A stretch of 64,000 bases of DNA, from the IMG/VR virus record IMGVR_UViG_3300025413_000018. One strand, given 5' to 3'. Positions 52,701 through 60,117 of the stretch are shown here, piece by piece. The stretch is from an uncultured virus (IMG/VR IMGVR_UViG_3300025413_000018). Taxonomy: Duplodnaviria; Heunggongvirae; Uroviricota; Caudoviricetes. Every line of letters starts with the position of its first letter. Position 1 is the stretch's first letter. The translations under genes and the position numbers were made by a program. The notes under the pieces are model-generated. The model saw nothing but the letters and a program-made list of their open reading frames with translations. It searched no databases and was not told the origin of the DNA.

Positions 52701-53889
52701 GAGCTATGACCGATCGCCGGCGATCGTAAAGGAACTCTCCAAGGTTCCTATCGTTGCCCCGTTCGTTCGTTTCAGCTCCGAGGTTTATCGTACCAGCTAC
52801 AACCTGCTGAAGTTGGCACATGACGAGATCAAGGAAGGCAATGCCACCGGAAACGCGGAGCTTACCAAGATGGGCTGGGATCGTATGCGTGGTATCGCAA
52901 CGGTCGCCCTAGGGCCGTCCGCCCTGATTGCCATGACTCAGGCCGCAAGTGGCATGACCGACGAGGATCAGGAGGCTCTCCGTAAATTCCTACCTGAATG
53001 GCAGAAGAATGCTCAGATCATTCCTTTCCAGAAGGCCGATGGAAAGGTCGGGTACTTCGATCTCTCATGGTGGGATCACTATAAGATTCTTCGCACCCCG
53101 ATCAAGGCGGTGATCCGTGCGTTCTCCAACGATGAGGGCGACTTTGGAAAAGGACTCCACGACGCAATGATCGACGGAATGGGAGAACTCTTTCAGCCCT
53201 TCGATAAGGAACAGCTTACGACCAGTGCGATCATGGACATTGCTCGTAACAAAAACTCAGCCAATGGAGCACCGCTTTACAACCCGCAGGACTCGGCGGC
53301 AAACATCGGTCTTGCAGTCACCAACCGCTTGTGGACTGCCCTAAGCCCAGGTGCTATCGACAGCATAAATCGTATTTACAAGGGTGCTACTGGCTATGTT
53401 TCAGACAGCGGACGCTCCTACGATGCCGGTCAGGAAATTGCCAACATGGTTGGATGGCGTGCGGCTGACATGAACCTTGCAAACTCGTTGCATTTCACGG
53501 GATCCCAGTTCATGCAACAGAGTGCAAACGCTTCACAGCTATTGTCGCACGCCGCAACAAGCATCGGCTCTAGGACGGAACCGCAGGTTACCCAAGGGTA
53601 CAAGCAAGCGAATGAGGCTCACCAAGCCCTAGTGCAGGATCTACGCACAAAGTACGAGGCGGCAATCCAGCTCGGCATGAGCCCAGAGCAGATACAGACC
53701 GCCCTCAAGGGAGCTAGAGTATCTCAGGATGTCATCGACCAAGTTACCAGTGCGACTTACAAGAGATTCCAACCTAGTGCGGCATCGATCAAGCTACTCC
53801 AGAGCAGGGGTCAAGACGACCGAGTGCAGTGGTTGCAGAACGCAATCAACGCCACGCCGGAAACAGTAAACCTCAACCTAGGGCACTAG
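43735..53889 (+). CDS. Giant (3384 aa) internal virion/polyvalent protein with zincin HEXXH motif
   Basis: Uninterrupted ORF; Ala/Gly-rich N-terminus, IHELLH at 48826-48840, Pro-rich linker, helical C-terminal region. Confidence 0.75.
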   Translation: MSDDTNSLLQDPNWLQSIGQEIPGTSDAPEDTAQLSLEERLARTSGGMLPPKPTSLVGEIGKGIAAGARDLYGTAGGLVGLAGDALGNQDVKNFGLGIYQDQQEANQQNNAPAVSSIGEATKSFGNFADYAAYNLSKGLTEMVPMLAAGGVGGEIAGSLAEGAVQKAVQYGVEKGLSQEAAEAAVAASVRQGGAEKAAQSFSEALAPTMGEDAASKFGEEAFKAQSAKNTASFLGAQAGNAATIIPQSVGDEYGQTKDAETALGYGTASGALNAVAMGIVAAPAFRSMLGIGTEAAAKSSFLKSAATRIGTDTALMVGLAYPSTYLNQEAQASVDPSFDINSPEAQKQRMESVAGGALQGAAFGGLGSLEFLHNTAPLTADALQKITFTSKGEQPALTPEKLPDNATPHTVSPEVTITDPRTGESIKAQKNNTVGKWTINHPDGSMTILNTEDPNNTHAATLELLAQEELDKLNNKSEEDNNESSESEKLPVATTSELPADTSEFYPASFPTASGQAFAGQPAEESTAEPVSSTETPTEKQKFAEAGQVLGQLAANKQDTRTEFPVGTITESTRDPNLLSSALQKVTGIDLGSQVSEKKAQADAAVAASKTPENFTQNLQVGDPVSFDHPELGKVDAVVTQAETPSEHGLPEADSIKVQYNNPVTGRKKTQVIPRSSWSRIEAPKPEVPTTDEIVNTALGDNPTPQKLQQSGMSNIRVEGDQQSPTAVSGDIVLKDGLLPFNENKNRENDPIHALLDEAGKTGDYSKVVATGALPARYESKSKKTHGIWTGGELSSADRIALLNAEDGVTDGGRSASKAQEIKNRLEKVKETTVRQMNQGLRVLAPKGSIAPPGFEFTKLPNGLMQVTAVHDYLGTSWRMRGALDPVMTKANGHPTYFPGKPDTFSVDVPVGIKGKYSQKRGPDILTTRFNTPGLRAERSDIAREGHITRRENQENSENSEIQKNPLNHTESQLLNTVAGRALEHIDNSTFRDSVKEEAKSGVVPRLARDIRKSGRKAPEPKNDTQKSLTSMLFSNIARIARAKIEGASDKADEAVVRAEQRGVGRAGKSEKGEKGVPLMRKVNGSVQEDDLATAKNLSSGLLEKGIKVQDSDYTSEGLRKIEQHFKDTLNKGAEETDYTTKQLMGMEALLEKIKNRTFNRDDFRSAVEQKLIDAPKSYTVARGDVESSIAGKTIPGSSGTPGGGTLSGSDASKIEERIRNNAGRKLTDKEYSQAVQSTLEQAKQRQMKLTKADKTHLTSVMEYHKVAAPRLSENNVYAASKQALLKANEKTKTAGARSRTFLSIDDPNTGLSDLHDEGDTRIEGDNFSEQTTDTQPKPVSDANQGDTVLKSLSDLPDGVGSDTHPAFQGLPKASSDFIDKVGMDALELHEALIASNKKSNLTKAQRNTWNKIKKEIYDNETNRRNGGARGSDVQVGEGSTPVSGDGESTSDGLESPARSSENEATAGGSVGSGGSTEDTAGSVSASDATAPRGFSLGASPEQSRALSAAVKSRLVQSAGRLSDAEIAKMSPEEIDKAHTALTTQADSSSAHANERIESAAPRVEDVVNKTLGELVAGAREESIRRTPAERAQIIRKNYADLIRSGAFRSPAEFLTRVASGKLEGVPSDLALVARTMLSGTKVDWNKVATQIGRFTDKTSPTGEAPWSGLATKQGKGHNVALNLNAQADRGIIGTYIHELLHTVERDKITGKTKLNPTESKALDEIKSAYKAFLDRAGIAGTPAEIEAKAREMSQGKGENDYGYTFLRSPEEFVRGIQESPDLHALGQSLGLDYGDGKGPLKGTARKVYGALTELVSGRKADQNSPLVRAFSSAFDLTHSNPRENKASPLHAEMKGYERRESWIRDQIEQRNLRGTTNDRTALIKEWNSKEGIKDVEPAKENSSGETSPKETPTPTDTKKPDEEEPPAPPAGSDKGPEPEPPTPEPPKPKRGRPKKESTPVERKQVAEIAPAPEPPRVEQKTEKPAVQAKNEEEPGETYSQADLQRLAATASYEEWKKAAQSDASEWGGAPTKEAYSAMKKVGARMLAGKETPLESPARESLGESMLRLGREKGQDMFRLPQELSKSDDLTEVLNSTGSKFSSFDAYGMKLISETPIKGDMVLFPATDGKRNDGYSDGKVIKAENGVLTIRPTDKSPDFQLPETQAVAAKGSVRLYDDSVPHSEKDSLTIDSSDGANGTIRKASSIYQAIYQWAHNTGQKVVPDTTTSWAGHFRRNAQQISSAIRNQDAEHFRPTIDQRSRMFPNLDKDGSLRKWESLDTAGKVSALMRAEKSYIEQAAPELVSHSYDPATGNFTDENGASVSIHDIRSRITEGLAETKNDGTPDPFRVGEASLRRYLGATRPALENADGLTAYSADNSGHLDKALYSEERPSVVRDTLRKVGSIIPEGAKETLFGKDISSYNGVKTRLAGLFTGPDKGVNKNVSFSHQVAQGIKLKAENHIKYANRLWSEALKNDYGNKISEAQLLEARTALGNYGNPLTDLDVKRVNEEQAKNGSEAAIKLARELTQKNRETYRDEQQKALDSLPPRARAAIVSFRDGIDSLQQELIRQGVVSGDLKATLEENHGIYITRSYDHLDAGLTHDDMVKKNPELARRMETSTRNFLAKERAPEILNENRKAGGTMTKEEALQVAKDQVTEEEVHDSLNRLLNPRENSLDRRFTIGQFPGQKDLSTFLKRGNLEDDLKQYLGERKDPATIAADTMGRQAAVLANHKFLSDLRESGLKDGSLYDPADPKNKGRSIPHKYVPIASINNESLAPLNGLFIQKEIGDGLLRMLPRMGASDTPWLLDLFKKVTGYSMGAKTQFSPAAQVRHNVSNLLGLVTTANWHGGLVPKNLKEAYGKINPFSSLEDARNNLPEIQRLTELGLLHQSEANRLLHELIDGNENGKQTPLGDFLRKIASPLNKIGDTDIRGVKLKHLPETLYGVSDAAYKVAIFYGERQKYANAHPEWTPEQVDQKAAQIALDCHWSYDRSPAIVKELSKVPIVAPFVRFSSEVYRTSYNLLKLAHDEIKEGNATGNAELTKMGWDRMRGIATVALGPSALIAMTQAASGMTDEDQEALRKFLPEWQKNAQIIPFQKADGKVGYFDLSWWDHYKILRTPIKAVIRAFSNDEGDFGKGLHDAMIDGMGELFQPFDKEQLTTSAIMDIARNKNSANGAPLYNPQDSAANIGLAVTNRLWTALSPGAIDSINRIYKGATGYVSDSGRSYDAGQEIANMVGWRAADMNLANSLHFTGSQFMQQSANASQLLSHAATSIGSRTEPQVTQGYKQANEAHQALVQDLRTKYEAAIQLGMSPEQIQTALKGARVSQDVIDQVTSATYKRFQPSAASIKLLQSRGQDDRVQWLQNAINATPETVNLNLGH

Positions 53890-53892
53890 GGC

Positions 53893-54108
53893 ATGAGTCT
53901 CTGGGGCGAGGATAGTTCCATCACTCCTCCCGGAGGGTGGTACTACATTCAACCGGGAACCCGGTTCAGGTTCGAGGCTAATACCCTAGGGCAACTGGAG
54001 GATAAGGTTTCGGCCCACCGGCGGGGAAATAACATCACCCTAGGGCACCCTAGGGAGGATATCCTGGCGTGGACGCGTTCCCGCCTGGGTGGTGAAGAAG
54101 TGCTCTAG
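53893..54108 (+). CDS. Hypothetical protein
   Basis: PPGGWYYIQP motif; last plus-strand gene. Confidence 0.55.
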   Translation: MSLWGEDSSITPPGGWYYIQPGTRFRFEANTLGQLEDKVSAHRRGNNITLGHPREDILAWTRSRLGGEEVL

Positions 54109-54326
54109 GACGCCCTAGAGAGAAAACGAAAGAGGCAAAGCCAAAGACCGGCGAGGTTCAGGCAAAGAAAGAACAGCCTGACCAAGAGGGAAAACCAAAG
54201 CTCCTGATCGACTCCGCCTCCCAGTCTTCGCTCATTATGGATCTCCTCGGCGTACCCTAGTGCCCGTTCTAGGAGGTACAACGCATTGAGAAGCAAGATG
54301 CCAAAGACTGAGAGGGTGAAGTCCAT
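54105..54326 (-). CDS. Small membrane protein
   Basis: Two hydrophobic segments. Confidence 0.5.
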   Translation of the reverse strand: MDFTLSVFGILLLNALYLLERALGYAEEIHNERRLGGGVDQELWFSLLVRLFFLCLNLAGLWLCLFRFLSRAS

Positions 54327-54328
54327 CC

Positions 54329-54850
54329 CTAGTGGATGTTGGGAACGACGATGTTGCTAGGGTCGGAAGCTACTGGGTCGGCCTTACGCTCGCCTCCAAA
54401 CTCTTCGGTCACCTTTGCAATCTCTTTATCGACAGCTTCGATAACCTTTTGAGCAAGTGCCTCGTCGGCATTGATCGAATTAACAAGCATCAGATGCTGG
54501 GAGAACAGAGCAAACAAGTGCTTCATCTCCTCGCTCATTTCGTGTGCTGGCTTGTCGACGTACTCCGAAAGGAACTGACCGATCACATGAATCAGTCGGC
54601 TCACTAGGAGAGGTCGGGGCTCTTCGCCCTGTTCGACAGCAGGGGTTGCTGATGCACCCGTAGAAACAGCCTGTGGGTTGGGCTCTGTAGCTAAAGATGC
54701 CTCGGGGGCGTTGGCTGTATGACTCGTCTCCGAGGCTTGAGGAAAAAGCACCACGTTCTCCGGCGAGGGGGAAGCAGGTGCAGTTGTTGATGTCTCCGTT
54801 GCCGGAGTGGGTTCGACCGCAGGGGTCTCTGGTGTTGTTGTGTCTGACAT
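54329..54850 (-). CDS. Hypothetical protein, Pro/Thr-rich N-terminus
   Basis: 173-aa ORF in a tightly packed minus-strand run. Confidence 0.6.
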   Translation of the reverse strand: MSDTTTPETPAVEPTPATETSTTAPASPSPENVVLFPQASETSHTANAPEASLATEPNPQAVSTGASATPAVEQGEEPRPLLVSRLIHVIGQFLSEYVDKPAHEMSEEMKHLFALFSQHLMLVNSINADEALAQKVIEAVDKEIAKVTEEFGGERKADPVASDPSNIVVPNIH

Positions 54851-54853
54851 AAA

Positions 54854-55132
54854 TTATTCTTCGCCCTCGTATTCTGGATCCATCCGTTGAGCGATGGCGT
54901 AGGTCATCCCTGTACGCAGTGGCTCGGTTGCCCTAGTGCGGACGACGTACCTAAGACGCCCTAGGAGGCCACGCACGATACGCTCCTGCCTAGGGTCAAG
55001 GTCACATCGTTCGTTGATGGCTCGTATGGTTTTTGCAAATTCCTCCTGTATCGCCGGACAAGTTTGGGGGACAGAGTCGAACGCCTCGTCAGAGGCTTTC
55101 AGCCAGATGTCGTTTGGGAAGCGTCGGGGCAT
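54854..55132 (-). CDS. Hypothetical protein
   Basis: 92-aa ORF preceded by a GTAATAAACC variant motif. Confidence 0.6.
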   Translation of the reverse strand: MPRRFPNDIWLKASDEAFDSVPQTCPAIQEEFAKTIRAINERCDLDPRQERIVRGLLGRLRYVVRTRATEPLRTGMTYAIAQRMDPEYEGEE

Positions 55133-55156
55133 AACAAAGGTTACGCGGTTATTACC

Positions 55157-55300
55157 CTAGGGCTGTGCTTTGTCAATGGGCTTTTTTAACTTCGAGTTCA
55201 TCCTCCTGGCAATGGCCTCAAACTCCCTAGAGCAACTAGGGCAGGCGTGGGGTTTGCAGGGTGTCTGACACCTAGGGCATTTATGGATTTTAGGAGGCAC
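55157..55300 (-). CDS. Small zinc-ribbon protein (47 aa, not in ORF track)
   Basis: GTG start, MPPKIHKCPRCQTPCKPHACPSCSREF..., two CxxC pairs. Confidence 0.5.
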   Translation of the reverse strand: MPPKIHKCPRCQTPCKPHACPSCSREFEAIARRMNSKLKKPIDKAQP

Positions 55301-55523
55301 AGGCAGTCTGTTTTACTCTGTTAACTCGTGATTTAAGCCAGTCCCGAAGGGCATCGTTCTGCACCCATTGCTGGTTAACGTGGCGTTTATGTGCCTCGTA
55401 TCGGTGTGCTGGTATCCATCGCTCGGTTCGTTTGCCCGTCTTTTTGGATACATATTTCTGGTAGTTCCAGAAGCGTAGCGTTCCGCAAGGGGAGTAGTCT
55501 CCGCGGCGATATTTACCTTCCAT
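55290..55523 (-). CDS. Hypothetical protein
   Basis: YRRGD...FWNY...ERW pattern; coupled to neighbours. Confidence 0.55.
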   Translation of the reverse strand: MEGKYRRGDYSPCGTLRFWNYQKYVSKKTGKRTERWIPAHRYEAHKRHVNQQWVQNDALRDWLKSRVNRVKQTACAS

Positions 55524-55701
55524 GATAGGACGTTCTTTTGGGGTAAACCGTCTTGTGGATCCTAGGGGATCCGGTGCAGAGCTTCCCTAGGAGATAGATA
55601 TAGGCGTACTCAGGGAGGCAGGGCTTACGCATCGGATGGTGGAGCGATGGCCTAGTGCTACGGCGTAGCTGGGTTTCGGTGTCAGGTGTAGGTGATGTCA
55701 T
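55513..55701 (-). CDS. Hypothetical protein
   Basis: Likely start MTSPTP after a CA-rich leader. Confidence 0.45.
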   Translation of the reverse strand: MTSPTPDTETQLRRSTRPSLHHPMRKPCLPEYAYIYLLGKLCTGSPRIHKTVYPKRTSYHGR

Positions 55702-55857
55702 GGTGTGGTGGTGTTTGAAAGTGGATGCCGTTTCGTCGATTGACCGGAGGCTACGGCTTACCTCCCGAATGAGACTCCGCATCTCCGTCGGAAAAAAAAA
55801 TGCGGTCGGTCAGGGCTCTGGACGACTTACCCGATTGTACAAAAGGTTGTGGGGTTA

Positions 55858-56064
55858 TTACCTGTTTAGCGAATCAACTTTATTGAACAGCTCCTGTGCG
55901 CTGGATGTGTCGAAATAAAAATTCTCGCCCTCGTACTTCCAGACAAAGTCATCCTTGCCAGATTTGATGGCTTGCTCCATCGAGAACCGGAGATCCTCAA
56001 AGGCGAATTTGTCTAGCTGTAATGCTCGGTCTGCTGGTGGTCTGAAGAGTGCGTCAAGGATCAT
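55858..56064 (-). CDS. Hypothetical protein
   Basis: 68-aa ORF whose stop lies in a GTAATAACC motif. Confidence 0.5.
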   Translation of the reverse strand: MILDALFRPPADRALQLDKFAFEDLRFSMEQAIKSGKDDFVWKYEGENFYFDTSSAQELFNKVDSLNR

Positions 56065-56189
56065 GGCTCATTGTTTATGGTTAGTGGTTCAGAGAGCCGG
56101 CTCCATGAGCAGAGCCGACTCCCTGAGTTTCCACCTTTCACCGTCAGGTGTATTAAGACACTATGCGGTTATTATTGTTCAATCTTTTT

Positions 56190-56384
56190 TTAGATAACCA
56201 TGAGGTCATCATCTTTCCCGTCATTATACTTTTTAGGAATCTTCAAGCCTTTGAGCAGGTAGTTCATCCTATTGGGGGAGGGTATCGACTCATCGTTGTG
56301 CTTGGGAGTTGTGCCAAGGATCACGATGCACGCTCCGAACAGAAGGCCGGAGACAAAGGTAAAGACCGAACGTAGTTGTGCCAT
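56190..56384 (-). CDS. Small membrane-anchored protein
   Basis: N-terminal TM segment. Confidence 0.45.
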   Translation of the reverse strand: MAQLRSVFTFVSGLLFGACIVILGTTPKHNDESIPSPNRMNYLLKGLKIPKKYNDGKDDDLMVI

Positions 56385-56387
56385 AGG

Positions 56388-56678
56388 TTATTGGATTGGT
56401 GGGGTTGGTGGTGGGGTTGTGATGAAGGGGTTGTTCACGCTATCGGGGCTGTACGGACTTCCATACTGACCATAGGGATTGTTGATGCTGGTCGGGCTGT
56501 ACGGACTTCCATACTGGCCGTATGGGTTGGCCGTGCTGTTCGGGTCGTAGGGGTTAGCACTGAGGTTTCCTAGGTAGGTTCCGTCAGGTGCGACGATCCT
56601 AGGGGCTCCGTATTCCTGGGCGAATGCCGAGAGCAGGCGAATGATTACTGACGCTATGATCAGGTGTAATGTTTTCAT
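56388..56678 (-). CDS. Secreted protein with NPYGQYGSPYS repeats
   Basis: Signal peptide (SAFA/Q) and duplicated GGGCTGTACGGACTTCCATACTG at about 56446 and 56494. Confidence 0.75.
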   Translation of the reverse strand: MKTLHLIIASVIIRLLSAFAQEYGAPRIVAPDGTYLGNLSANPYDPNSTANPYGQYGSPYSPTSINNPYGQYGSPYSPDSVNNPFITTPPPTPPIQ

Positions 56679-56738
56679 GGTGTGTTGTGTTGTTGTTTGG
56701 GTTGTGCCCTAGGGATCGAACTCTAGGGCTGTGATTGT

Positions 56739-58415
56739 TTACCGAGCCGGCATCGACTTGAGCTGGCGAACTAGGGCATCTGCCATGCCCCACAGGGACT
56801 CACGCCAGATAGCCGCATCGAAGTGACACTTTAGCTCTCTGGTTGTCTCGTTGTGGGAACAGCAGATACCTACGGTGTACAGGCCACGAGCACGCAACGG
56901 CTTGCGATCCAACGGCTCGTCGGTGATGCAACCATCGGTGTAGACAAGGCAGATCTTGCTCTTGCTTACGATCTCGTTGAAGGCACTCCTCTTGGAGGGT
57001 TTTTGCTCTAGGGCATTTGCGATACCCTCGCTGTCGCTCCACGCATGGAACTTCTGGAAGATCCTAGGATCTTTGATCGGAAGCACCACACGCTCACGCA
57101 CACCGCCCAGTGCAGTTGCATAGGCAACTCCGGTGATACGGCCACGCTTGGCGAGTAGGTTCAAGGCTCGCAGAAGCACACGGCCAGCCCCGTCGCAACG
57201 GATGTCGATTTTGCGTTCACGATCCACATACGCCTCATGTGCCATCGAGCCGGAGCAATCTACAAGCAACGAGACATGGGGCTTGCCACGCTCGCTCTGG
57301 GGCTTGCCGATGTACGGATGCAGGAAGTCACCACGCAGGATGCCACGCACGTTGAGACGCTTGCTGGGGCTACTGGTGATCTCCTTGCCGTCACCCCTCA
57401 CACGGAATGCGGTGTCGAGCATACCGGCAAGCCGATGGGACAGCTTGAACTCCTTCAGCTCTTCGGGATCCTTGGGGGGCGTCTCACCGCTGAACGGATC
57501 AGAGTTGCACTCGCTTCCGTAACCATCGGTGGTGCCGTCGATAGCCTTGCCAGCTTCCTCGCCTGCACCTCCAGGTGAAGACGAGTCGCCGTCACCCTTG
57601 CCGTCGGGGGAAGCACCCTCGCCCTTGGGATCCTTGGCCTTGACATCGCTGGGAGCTTTGCCAGTTCCTTCCTTGAGAGCACCTGCAAGGTCACCTGTGC
57701 CGAGACCGCCTTCGCTCTCGATGGTGTCATCGCCGGAGTGGGGGAATTCCCTGAGCCAATCTTTAAGGATCGGGATAAGCTCCTCGGTGGTACGAGCCCT
57801 GACGATCCTGCAATAGTACGCCCAGACCTTGCGGTAGAAAGGCAGGGGGCTCATCAGGATGCTGAAGTCACGGCTAGGACGCCCTAGGAGCGACTCGCAC
57901 TTGATGCGGTAGAGGAGATGCTGTGCCGAGATCTTGTCTACGTCCTTGGACTCTGGACGCTTATCCCAGTAGAGCCACTTCCACTTGCCGGCTCCGGCAA
58001 CGCCACGGCGATACCCAAAGAACCATCGGCGTTCGATGCGGCAGTCCTCGAAGAGGTTCTGCAAACGCCAAGGGATCTTCTCGGCAGACAGCTTGTCGGA
58101 AAGACCCTTGAGATCTTTGGTAGTGAACTTGCTGTGAGCCGCTTCATGCTCATAGACATGGCGGAACAACTGGGGCACTTGGATGCGTTTGGTCTTGTCG
58201 GTTGACAACTCGTTGTATGCGAGAGGTGAGATGCGGATGGTGTGACGATCCGTGGTCGGGTCGTACTTCCAGTAGCCTGTCTTGCAAGGGTCGGACTTGA
58301 GACCCTTGAGCCAGTCTAGGTCGTACTTCTCGTCGAGCACTCCGCGGGTGCGGAAGTCAACGTGGTGGTCTAGCACTTCCTTACGGATGTGTGGGGTTGC
58401 TACGATTTTGCTCAT
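56739..58415 (-). CDS. VWA-domain protein with N-terminal HEXXH domain (CobT-like MoxR partner)
   Basis: HEAAH...NLFEDCRIE, Gly/Asp-rich linker, MIDAS DCSGS and YTDG. Confidence 0.8.
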   Translation of the reverse strand: MSKIVATPHIRKEVLDHHVDFRTRGVLDEKYDLDWLKGLKSDPCKTGYWKYDPTTDRHTIRISPLAYNELSTDKTKRIQVPQLFRHVYEHEAAHSKFTTKDLKGLSDKLSAEKIPWRLQNLFEDCRIERRWFFGYRRGVAGAGKWKWLYWDKRPESKDVDKISAQHLLYRIKCESLLGRPSRDFSILMSPLPFYRKVWAYYCRIVRARTTEELIPILKDWLREFPHSGDDTIESEGGLGTGDLAGALKEGTGKAPSDVKAKDPKGEGASPDGKGDGDSSSPGGAGEEAGKAIDGTTDGYGSECNSDPFSGETPPKDPEELKEFKLSHRLAGMLDTAFRVRGDGKEITSSPSKRLNVRGILRGDFLHPYIGKPQSERGKPHVSLLVDCSGSMAHEAYVDRERKIDIRCDGAGRVLLRALNLLAKRGRITGVAYATALGGVRERVVLPIKDPRIFQKFHAWSDSEGIANALEQKPSKRSAFNEIVSKSKICLVYTDGCITDEPLDRKPLRARGLYTVGICCSHNETTRELKCHFDAAIWRESLWGMADALVRQLKSMPAR

Positions 58416-58491
58416 GGTGTGTTGTTGGTTGTGGGCGGAGAATCCTGTACGAGATTCTCCGCCCTAGGTTGTGTTTGTTGGTGCGTGGTTA

Positions 58492-59997
58492 TTACAGCGT
58501 TGGAACAGTGAAGCCGTACTTGCCGAAGATCTTGACGAACGCCTCGTTGACCTTCTTGACCTGCTCAGGCTCAGGCTCGCCCTCGATGGTGTTGCTCACC
58601 CAGAGGTTGACGCCCAGACGATACAGCTCGGTAGCAACGCCAGCCTCACCCTTGGCAGGGTCGGAGAACTGCAACGCCTCGCAGAACGTGCTGATGTTGG
58701 GAACCGATCCGAGGAAGCCATCGGCGGCAAGAACCTTGGCGTGCTTCCAGAACTCGACCAGCGAGTCGAGCAAGGAGGACTTGTAACCTAGGGCAGAGGT
58801 GTAGCCTCCGACCACGGCACGAACCTTGGCCTCGTCAACCCTGACATGGATGTGAACGAAGCGACGCTTGGTGGCGGGATCGCCCTCGTCGATGTCGTAC
58901 TGGCTACCGACGTTGGTGGTTGCGACGATCGCAAGGTTGGCAACCGGAGCAAGCAACTCCTCGCTGACATGAACCTTGGTGACTGGATCCTCGATGAAGC
59001 GTCCGGTACGGAGCTTGTAATACTCCACGCCGCCGATGTTGGTCGGCTGGAACGGAGTGAGGAACAAGGACTGAACCGAAGACCTAGCGCGGAGGATCTC
59101 GTCGGCCACGAACAGGACGGTCTGTCCTAGAGCGGCCTTACGCCACGCCTCGGACATCGGGCCATCGACCCAAGGTACGGTCGGAGTCTGATACCCTAGG
59201 AGGTCGGTCGCCTCGGTCGAGTTGTGGATGCCGACCTCGATGTAGTGGTCGAACATCGAGCCGTGGTTACGAGCCTGGTACGTCTTGCCTGCACCGGGCT
59301 CACCCTTGATGAGCAACGGCTTGATCGCACGAGCCGGAGAGGCGTAACGCTCTAGGGCATGGGCGACCTGACACGTTGTCGTGCTGGTCGGGGTGGGGGC
59401 GATGATCGCACTGATCTTGCGTGCCGCCGAAGCACCGCCGGAGGCAAGGGCATCGGTGATGTCCTTGGTCAGCTTGTCGAGCTTCTCGTCGGTGACGGTC
59501 TGCAATGCGTCCATGCCAGCACAGATCTTGTCAGCCATCTCGGTCTTGAAGTCATCAAGCTCCGCCTTGCGAACGATGTCGGGGTCGGTGACGCTGGAAG
59601 CAACGCCTCCGCTGGAAACGCTGGATGCGATCTTGGCCTCGATCTCGTCGAACTTCTCCTGCACCTCGGAGAGCTTCTCGCCCTGTGCCTCGATGAACGC
59701 CTTGGCCTCGCCAACGTCCTTGCGGATGTCAGCGGTCTGATCCTCGACGATGCGGTTGATGGCCTCCTCCATAGCCTCGCTTGGAGGCGGTGTGCTGGCA
59801 GGAGTGCCGGAGGTTCCTAGGGTGATCTCCTGCGCCTGTGACGCCGTGATCTCGCCCTTGATGAACCGACGGAACGTGTCGGTCTTTGCGGTCGCAACCC
59901 AGATGCCGGTGGCACCTAGGCGACGAGCTTCCTTGATGGCCTCCTTGTAGTTGAGGCTGTCGATCTGCTCTGCTGTCAGGGTGGTGTGCTTGCTCAT
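58492..59997 (-). CDS. MoxR/CobS-like AAA+ ATPase
   Basis: GEPGAGKT, WVDGPM, ADEILR, ATTN and DPATKRRF. Confidence 0.85.
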   Translation of the reverse strand: MSKHTTLTAEQIDSLNYKEAIKEARRLGATGIWVATAKTDTFRRFIKGEITASQAQEITLGTSGTPASTPPPSEAMEEAINRIVEDQTADIRKDVGEAKAFIEAQGEKLSEVQEKFDEIEAKIASSVSSGGVASSVTDPDIVRKAELDDFKTEMADKICAGMDALQTVTDEKLDKLTKDITDALASGGASAARKISAIIAPTPTSTTTCQVAHALERYASPARAIKPLLIKGEPGAGKTYQARNHGSMFDHYIEVGIHNSTEATDLLGYQTPTVPWVDGPMSEAWRKAALGQTVLFVADEILRARSSVQSLFLTPFQPTNIGGVEYYKLRTGRFIEDPVTKVHVSEELLAPVANLAIVATTNVGSQYDIDEGDPATKRRFVHIHVRVDEAKVRAVVGGYTSALGYKSSLLDSLVEFWKHAKVLAADGFLGSVPNISTFCEALQFSDPAKGEAGVATELYRLGVNLWVSNTIEGEPEPEQVKKVNEAFVKIFGKYGFTVPTL

Positions 59998-60053
59998 GTT
60001 GTGTTGGTGTTGTGAATCCTGTACGAGATTGTTGTGTACAGGATTCGGGTGGT

Positions 60054-60116
60054 TGACCTACTGCTCATCAGTGCCAGCTCGGTCGTTGCTGGCAGACCGC
60101 CACTCGGCGGTTTCGC
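60054..60116 (-). ncRNA. Hammerhead ribozyme, type II (HH-1)
   Basis: GC-GAAA-C-CGCC-GAGU-GGCG-GUC/UGCCAGC-AACGACCGA-GCUGGCA-CUGAUGA-GC, with 3' tail GGUC able to pair with loop I GACC. All conserved core nucleotides are present. Confidence 0.9.
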
Positions 60117-60117
60117 T

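Noticed and set aside
56127..56160. Minus-strand CTGACGG...GAAAC as a hammerhead core
   Set aside because: The core deviates from CUGANGA and no stem II or correctly placed NUH is formed.
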